Source of the DNA: a bacterium
GTDB lineage: Bacteria > DUMJ01
NCBI GenBank assembly: GCA_049970495.1
Contig: JBMFMV010000033.1
Coordinates: forward strand, 1 to 19,883
DNA: 19,883 nt
Direction of reading: 5' to 3'
The position numbers and the translations under genes were made by a program. Of this stretch, positions 11,034 through 19,883 are shown piece by piece. Positions within the stretch are counted from its first letter, which is position 1. Every line of letters starts with the position of its first letter. The notes under the pieces were generated by a model. That model ran no database searches and had not been told where the DNA came from. It saw nothing but the letters and a program-made list of their open reading frames with translations.

Positions 11034-13074
11034 GTACTGTATCAACCTCAAGCACTATAGATATCTTAACTGAAGAACTAGTTAAAATAGCTATAAGAGA
11101 AAATAAAGAGGAGGATTATAAAGTTCTCCTTAGAACCCTTATAGATGAACTAGCCTACAATTCTGCATTAAGTAGTGTATGGGGTGGGAAAGACATAGAT
11201 GCTAAAAAGAAATTTATTAAGGAAAGGCTTAGTGAAGCTCCCTTTGGATTTCTCAGATTCATATATAAGATTATAGATTCTAAGCTTGAGGATGCCCTTT
11301 ATAGTATCTATCTCAGATTTATTGAGATATTGGAGAATAAACAATTTACAAAGGTAAGAATAGAACTGCCTTTTATTATTACTGAAGATAAGATAGAAAA
11401 AGTTGAGTATCTCATCTCTAGTATTCTCAATAAAGATGTTATATGCTCTATCCATATAAATGAAGATATTATAAATGGTATTAAGATAGACTTAGAAGAA
11501 GAGGTGATAGATCTATCCATAAGAACCCAACTAGATGCCTTAAAAGAGACCTTAGAAAGTATAAAGGCAGAAGACTCTTTCTATGAAGTATTATCAAAAG
11601 TTAAAGAAAGGGCATCTTCCTTTTCTGTGAAGCCCCTAAGACTATCTTTGGGTCGAGTAGAAAGTGTAAGAGACTGTGTAGTAAACGCATCAGGACTAAA
11701 GAATGCTAGATATGGAGAATTGGTCTTATTTCCTGATAATATCTATGGGATGGTAATGAGTTTAGAGGAAAATTCTACAGGTATTATACTTTTAGGGCCA
11801 TCGGATAGAATTTCTGCTGGAGATACTGTAAGGACAACTGGTAGAGTATTAGAAGTTCCAGTAGGAGAAGAACTCATAGGAAGGGTTTTAGATCCATTGG
11901 GTAGGCCCTTAGATGGAGGTCCCCCCATAGAAACTACACGAACAAGGAGGATAGAATCTCTTGCTCCTACAGTAGTAGAGAGAGAACCTGTAAATACCCC
12001 TCTACAGACGGGACTAAAAGTTATTGACGCACTATTCCCTATAGGGAGAGGACAGAGAGAATTAATAATAGGTGACAGACAGACAGGCAAAACAGCTATT
12101 GCAATTGATACTATTCTTAACCAGAAGGATGAAAATGTCATTTGTATATATGTGGCTATAGGACAGAAAGCTACAACAGTAGCAGAAATAGTTAGAATCT
12201 TAAGAGAAAGAGGAGCGTTAGATTATACTATAGTTGTTTCTGCCTTTGCTAGTGAACCTGCATCTCTACTGTATATAGCTCCCTACGCTGGATGTACTAT
12301 AGGGGAAGAATTTATGTATCAAGGTAAAGATGTACTGATAATATATGATGATCTAACAAAACATGCAAAAGCCTATAGAGAGATATCGCTTCTTTTAAAA
12401 AGACCTCCAGGTAGAGAAGCTTATCCAGGAGATATCTTCTACTTACACGCAAGACTTTTAGAAAGATCTGCAAAACTTAACAGTTATCTTGGCGGTGGCT
12501 CTCTTACCGCGTTACCAATAGTAGAGACCCAATTAGGAGACATATCTGCCTATATACCAACCAATCTAATTTCTATAACTGATGGACAGATATATTTAGA
12601 TGCATCACTCTTTCACGAGGGGATAAGACCAGCGGTGGATATAGGACTTTCAGTCTCTAGAGTAGGTGGTAATGCTCAAATTAAAGCGATGAGGCAGGTT
12701 GCCGGTAGACTAAGGTTAGACCTTGCCCAGTATCGCGAGGTAGAAACTTTTGCGCAGATATCTACAGATATAGATCCTACTACTAAAGCGCTATTGGAAA
12801 GAGGTATTAGGATAAGGGAGATATTAAAACAACCTCAGTATAGTCCTATGGAGGTTATAGACCAAGTTATTATTCTTTTTACTGTAACTAGAGGGTATAT
12901 GGACGAGATAGCTCTAGAGGAGCTATCTCACTTCCAGAATGATCTATTAGCCTATATAAATAAAAATTATAAAACCTTAAAGGATAAAATAAAGTCAGAT
13001 GGATTAACCGATGAGAATATTGCTGAACTTACTAAGGCTATATTTGAATTTAAGAGAACATTTAGTAGCGAATA

Positions 13075-13075
<1 letters not shown>
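11030..13075 (+). CDS. atpA: Fused ATP synthase delta + alpha subunit (AtpH-AtpA)
   Basis: Residues ~1-175 are delta-like, ending [33 protein letters not shown]. The remainder is a full alpha subunit: [49 protein letters not shown]. No stop codon between the two parts. Confidence 0.93.
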
Positions 13076-15736
<2,661 letters not shown>

Positions 15737-15741
15737 AAAAG

Positions 15742-16989
15742 ATGAAGATAATGATAGAAGGTGGAGTAAGGTTAGTTGGCGAAGTAGATATAATTGGAGC
15801 TAAAAATGCTGCCCTTCCAATAATGGCTGCTACATTACTTACAAGTGGAACAAATATTATACATAACATACCTAATCTAAAGGATGTTCATACTATGATG
15901 AGTATGTTGGAAGTCTTTGGAGCTAAATTAAACTTTAAGAAGAATACTCTTAAAATTACCCTAGAAGATTTACTACCTATAGATCCGCCAGAAGATCAGG
16001 TAAAACAGATGAGAGCATCATTTCTTGTTGCTGGACCACTCTTAGCTAGGCTGGGTAAGATAAGGATACCACTTCCAGGTGGCTGTCAGATAGGCTCTAG
16101 ACCAGTGGACCTTCACCTTAAGGGATTTCAAGCTTTAGGGGCTAAAGTATCCAGTGAACATGGTTATGTCGAATTGGAAAGTAAAGGGCTAAAGGGTGCA
16201 TCAATATACCTCGATTTGCCCACAGTTACAGGGACCGAAAATATTATGATGGCAGCTGTATTGGCTAAGGGTAAAACCGAGATTATTAATGCTGCTAAAG
16301 AACCTGAGGTGGTTGATCTAGCAGATGCACTAAATAAGATGGGAGCAAAGATAAAGGGGGCAGGAACAGATAGGATTGAAATTGAAGGGGTAGATTCTCT
16401 ATCCCCTATAGAATATACCATAATTCCTGATAGGATTGAGGCAGGGACATTCCTTGTAGCCGGTGCAATTACCGGAGGAGAAGTTACAGTTAAAAAAGCT
16501 AGAAGAGAACATGTTGGAGCAGTACTTGGCAAACTTGAAGAGATGGGACATAAAATCGAGGTAGATGAGGATAAAATAAGGATTATAGCTAAAAGTGTTG
16601 GCAAGGCTTGTGATATCACAACTGCTCCTTACCCTGGATTCCCTACAGATATGCAGGCGCTTTTTGCCAGCTTACTCGGTGTATCTAAAGGAACTAGTAT
16701 TATAACAGAGACAATATTTGATAGACGATTCGGCTTTGTTGATGAATTAGTTAGGATGGGCGCAAATATGAGGGTTCAAGGGAATACACTTATAATAGTA
16801 GGGGTAAAAAGATATTCTGGAGCCAGTGTTACAGCTGGAGACTTAAGAGCAGGTGCTGCTCTTATAATGGCAGGATTAAATGCCGAAGGAATCACAGAAA
16901 TATCAGGCCTAGAACATATTGAAAGAGGCTATGAAGCGATAGATAAGAAGCTCAAACTATTAGGGGCTAAGATTTCTATCGAACTTTGA
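15742..16989 (+). CDS. murA: UDP-N-acetylglucosamine 1-carboxyvinyltransferase
   Basis: GAKNAALP, MRAS, LPGGCQIGSRPVDLH (active-site Cys), PDRIEAGT, PYPGFPTDMQ, DLRAGA and RGYE. Confidence 0.97.
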   Translation: MKIMIEGGVRLVGEVDIIGAKNAALPIMAATLLTSGTNIIHNIPNLKDVHTMMSMLEVFGAKLNFKKNTLKITLEDLLPIDPPEDQVKQMRASFLVAGPLLARLGKIRIPLPGGCQIGSRPVDLHLKGFQALGAKVSSEHGYVELESKGLKGASIYLDLPTVTGTENIMMAAVLAKGKTEIINAAKEPEVVDLADALNKMGAKIKGAGTDRIEIEGVDSLSPIEYTIIPDRIEAGTFLVAGAITGGEVTVKKARREHVGAVLGKLEEMGHKIEVDEDKIRIIAKSVGKACDITTAPYPGFPTDMQALFASLLGVSKGTSIITETIFDRRFGFVDELVRMGANMRVQGNTLIIVGVKRYSGASVTAGDLRAGAALIMAGLNAEGITEISGLEHIERGYEAIDKKLKLLGAKISIEL

Positions 16990-17010
16990 ATGTATCTAAT
17001 TCATACATTC
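16988..17010. repeat. Perfect 8-bp inverted repeat GAATGTAT-N7-ATACATTC in the murA-bamA spacer
   Basis: Read directly from the sequence. There is no following T-tract, so it is not a classic intrinsic terminator; function unknown. Confidence 0.55.
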
Positions 17011-17025
17011 CTGTGTGATCATAGA

Positions 17026-17032
17026 AAGGAGG
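17026..17032 (+). promoter_or_regulatory. Shine-Dalgarno site for bamA
   Basis: AAGGAGG 7 nt before the TTG at 17040, which supports the TTG start. Confidence 0.75.
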
Positions 17033-17039
17033 GCTAAAA

Positions 17040-18944
17040 TTGCTTAGGAAAAGGTTATTAATGTTGACCTTAGTTTTTTTTGTATGCACTACTTTTAGTA
17101 GTTATGTTTTATCTAACGATAAGATTAAAATATCTGGAATTGAAGTGCAGGGGAATAAAAACATTCCCAAAGAGGAGATAATAAAAAGCCTAGAGCTTCC
17201 AGAAGAGTTAGATGAAAATGCACTGAGAACAAGCCTACAAAAATTACTAAATACTGGATACTTCTCTAATGTTGATGCAAGTATAAAAGTAGATAAGGAT
17301 AAATATATATTAGTGATAAGTGTAAAGGAAGCCCCTATCTTTAGAGGAGTCAAGGTGGTTGGTAATAAAGATATAAAGACAGAGGAAATTACAAGTCTTA
17401 TCTCTTTAAAGCCAGGAGTTACTATCAATCTGATCACCTTAAATCAAGATTTATCTAAGATAGCAGAGCTCTACAAAAGTAGAGGATACGTAGGGGCTAA
17501 TTTTCAAATTAATATAACTGACGATGGAGTAATAATCATAAATATAAGTGAAGGACCTACTGTTTCTGGATTTGTCTTTAAAGGGAACACGGTAATAACA
17601 TCGGCAGAATTGGAGAGATTATTAGAAGGGTATAAGGGGAAAATTTTATCTATAAATCTACTAAAAGATATGGCTCGTAGCATCCAAGAGCTATATAATA
17701 AAAGAGGTTATCCTGCATGTGTCATACTCAATGCCTATAGTGAAAAAGACGGGATAGTAACCTTTGAAATAGGGGAGGGTAAAATAGCAAAGATAGTTCT
17801 TGATGGCAATAAAAAGACAAAAAATTATGTAATTCTCAGAGAGATGGAAACTAAAGTGGGAGATATACTTAATAGAGATAAGATACAAAAGGACTTACAA
17901 AAGATCTTTAATCTCGGCTACTTCTCAGATGTAAATGCTGATATCAAACCTGCGGAGACTCCGGGTGAGGTTATCCTTATAGTTAAAGTGGTAGAACAGC
18001 TCACTGGACAAGCTAACGGAGGGTTAGCTTATAGCACTAGGGACGGTCTTTCTTTAATATTAGGAATCAGAGATAATAATTTATTTGGAACTGGAAGAAA
18101 TTTAGGTTTATATTTAAATATAGGCTTTACAGCTCATGATATAACAGTAAATTATACAGAACCTTATATCTTTGGAACTACAGAAACATTAAATGGTTCC
18201 TTGATATGGAGACAGGCAGAAACTACAGATATTATAGAGAATAAAGAAGTTACTTACTTAGAAGATAGAAAGACTCTCGAATTAGTAGTTGATAAGCCAA
18301 TAAATAAAGAGCTCAAAGGCTCAATTGGTTTCTCTTACAATAACATAAACTATCAAGCTAAAGAAGGAGAAACTTTGCCAGAAATAATAAAATCTGGAGT
18401 TTCTAGTGCTATACTCTTAAGCCTAGCCAAAGATACAAGGGATGTAATTCTAAACCCTACAAAGGGGAATTACTATGGAGTAAGCTTAAAGCAGGGTGGG
18501 GGTATACTCGGTGGAGATTTTAACTTCACCAAGATTATCCTTGATCTACGTTGGTATCTACCAGTCTCTGATAAAGATATACTTGCTATAAGTTATACAT
18601 GGGGTTTAGGTTTTGGAGAGTTACCTTATATAGAAAAGTTTAGCGTTGGAGGGGTAAATTCAGTAAGAGGATTACCGGAAAATTGGAAAAAGTCCGATTA
18701 TTTAGAATTGCTAACTCTCGAATATAGGAATAAATTACAGGACAATCTATTTGGAGTGATATTTTTAGATTTAGGGAATGGATGGAGAAATGGAGAAACA
18801 ATAAATCCAACAGACCTATATACAGGTATAGGGCTTGGACTGAGAATAATGGTTCCTCCTATGGGATTCTTGAGATTAGATTATGGTTGGGGAAGTTATG
18901 ACTGGCAGGGGAGATTTTATTTTAGTATTGGACATAAATTCTAA
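17040..18944 (+). CDS. bamA: Outer membrane protein assembly factor BamA/Omp85
   Basis: Signal peptide, four POTRA-like repeats (each starting with a hydrophobic-xGN pattern, the last GNKKTKNYVILREM), a beta-barrel with DNNLFGTG and SVRG, and the C-terminal beta-signal FYFSIGHKF. Confidence 0.92.
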   Translation: MLRKRLLMLTLVFFVCTTFSSYVLSNDKIKISGIEVQGNKNIPKEEIIKSLELPEELDENALRTSLQKLLNTGYFSNVDASIKVDKDKYILVISVKEAPIFRGVKVVGNKDIKTEEITSLISLKPGVTINLITLNQDLSKIAELYKSRGYVGANFQINITDDGVIIINISEGPTVSGFVFKGNTVITSAELERLLEGYKGKILSINLLKDMARSIQELYNKRGYPACVILNAYSEKDGIVTFEIGEGKIAKIVLDGNKKTKNYVILREMETKVGDILNRDKIQKDLQKIFNLGYFSDVNADIKPAETPGEVILIVKVVEQLTGQANGGLAYSTRDGLSLILGIRDNNLFGTGRNLGLYLNIGFTAHDITVNYTEPYIFGTTETLNGSLIWRQAETTDIIENKEVTYLEDRKTLELVVDKPINKELKGSIGFSYNNINYQAKEGETLPEIIKSGVSSAILLSLAKDTRDVILNPTKGNYYGVSLKQGGGILGGDFNFTKIILDLRWYLPVSDKDILAISYTWGLGFGELPYIEKFSVGGVNSVRGLPENWKKSDYLELLTLEYRNKLQDNLFGVIFLDLGNGWRNGETINPTDLYTGIGLGLRIMVPPMGFLRLDYGWGSYDWQGRFYFSIGHKF

Positions 18945-18962
18945 AGATGGGAGTTGATGCAG

Positions 18963-19427
18963 ATGAATAAAAAATTGATAATTTTGGCGTTAATTGTAGG
19001 TGCAATTGGTATCGCTCTTTGGGGGTTAAGTATCCCTAGATACGGGTTTGCTCTTGATACTTTTAAGATCGGATATGTAGATATAAATAAAGTAATAGAG
19101 AATCATCCTAGAATTGAAAAGGCTAAAAAAGACATAAATGACTTTGCTCTAAAGACTAAAGCGGAGTATCAGAAACAACTAGATGAGGCAGTAAAAGACA
19201 AGACAGCGGCTGAGGCTCAGCAATTAAAAGTAGAATATGAAACTAAACTAAATCAAGTCGTAGCTCAAAAACAGCAGGAGATATTAAAACCTATACTTGA
19301 TGACATCAAGCTGACCATTAGAGATATCGCCAACAAAAGAGGTATAGATGTAGTTCTAAGAAAAGAGATAATAATAATTGGTGGAATAGATATTACAGAT
19401 GATGTCATAAAAGCTATAAAGAAATGA
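18963..19427 (+). CDS. skp: OmpH/Skp periplasmic chaperone
   Basis: Hydrophobic N-terminal signal, KIGYVD, coiled coil, C-terminal GGIDITDDVI; lies between bamA and lpxD. Start could be 18954, 18957 or 18963; GGGAG spacing favours 18963. Confidence 0.9.
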   Translation: MNKKLIILALIVGAIGIALWGLSIPRYGFALDTFKIGYVDINKVIENHPRIEKAKKDINDFALKTKAEYQKQLDEAVKDKTAAEAQQLKVEYETKLNQVVAQKQQEILKPILDDIKLTIRDIANKRGIDVVLRKEIIIIGGIDITDDVIKAIKK

Positions 19428-19883
19428 TGTATAAGCTAGGTGAGATAGCTAAATTAATAAATGGTAAGCTTTTTGGCCCACCAGATTTAATAATAACCGG
19501 AGTAAACTCTCCAGAATTGGCAGGAGAAGAAGATATATGTATTATCTATGATGAAAAGTTCATAGATATAGTAAAGGAACGTAACGTTGGTGCAATCATA
19601 ACTAAAGAAGGGTTAACAGTTGATAAGCCATATATAGCAGTCTCAGATCCTAGGGCCATTATGCCAATAATTCTAAGTTTATTTGCTAAAAGAAAAGAGC
19701 TCATAGGGATAGACAGGACCGCTATTATCGGAGATAATTGTACTATCCCAGAGAGCTGTTTTATAGGTCCATACGTAGTCATAGGAAATGGGGTAAGACT
19801 TGGAGAGAGAGTTATTATCATGGCTGGAAGTAAAATTGGTGATAGGGTTATTATTGGAGATGATTCTTTTATCGGTTATAATG
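19424..19883 (+). CDS. lpxD: UDP-3-O-(3-hydroxyacyl)glucosamine N-acyltransferase LpxD, 3'-partial (absent from the ORF track)
   Basis: Manual translation: MMYKLGEIAKLINGKLFGPPDLIITGVNSPELAGEEDI..VSDPR..GIDRTAIIGDNCTIPESCFIGPYVVIGNGVRLGERVII. This is an LpxD N-terminal domain followed by hexapeptide repeats, open to the window end. Confidence 0.9.
   Translation, partial: MMYKLGEIAKLINGKLFGPPDLIITGVNSPELAGEEDICIIYDEKFIDIVKERNVGAIITKEGLTVDKPYIAVSDPRAIMPIILSLFAKRKELIGIDRTAIIGDNCTIPESCFIGPYVVIGNGVRLGERVIIMAGSKIGDRVIIGDDSFIGYN

Noticed and set aside
16981..17005. Sigma-E-like promoter (GAACTT ... TCATA) upstream of bamA-skp
   Set aside because: The spacer is 14 nt rather than about 16, the -10 match is imperfect, and GAACTT is simply murA's last two codons.

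Overview
A densely packed, entirely plus-strand housekeeping region from an AT-rich bacterium. Its gene order resembles Firmicutes/Terrabacteria, but it is diderm because it encodes BamA, Skp and LpxD; codon usage suggests a thermophile (inference). Gene order: priA (5'-partial), def, fmt, rsmB, rlmN, a PASTA membrane protein, two-subunit class I fumarase/tartrate dehydratase, upp, wecB, atpZ/atpI/atpB/atpE/atpF/atpH-atpA/atpG/atpD/atpC, murA, bamA, ompH (skp), lpxD (3'-partial). I found no mobile elements, CRISPR arrays or RNA genes. The unusual points lie inside the housekeeping genes. (1) ATP synthase delta and alpha are fused into one 681-aa ORF, which conflicts with the normal 1 delta : 3 alpha stoichiometry. 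(2) The PrkC/PknB-position gene looks like a PASTA pseudokinase, and the usual adjacent phosphatase gene is missing. (3) fmt is intact but has no ATG/GTG/TTG start, implying an ATA start or a -1 slip that fuses it to Def. (4) PriA has lost helicase motif VI. (5) The c subunit has a two-carboxylate, partial Na+-type ion-binding site, and gamma, beta and epsilon are diverged. All calls come from recognising motifs by eye; no database searches were run.
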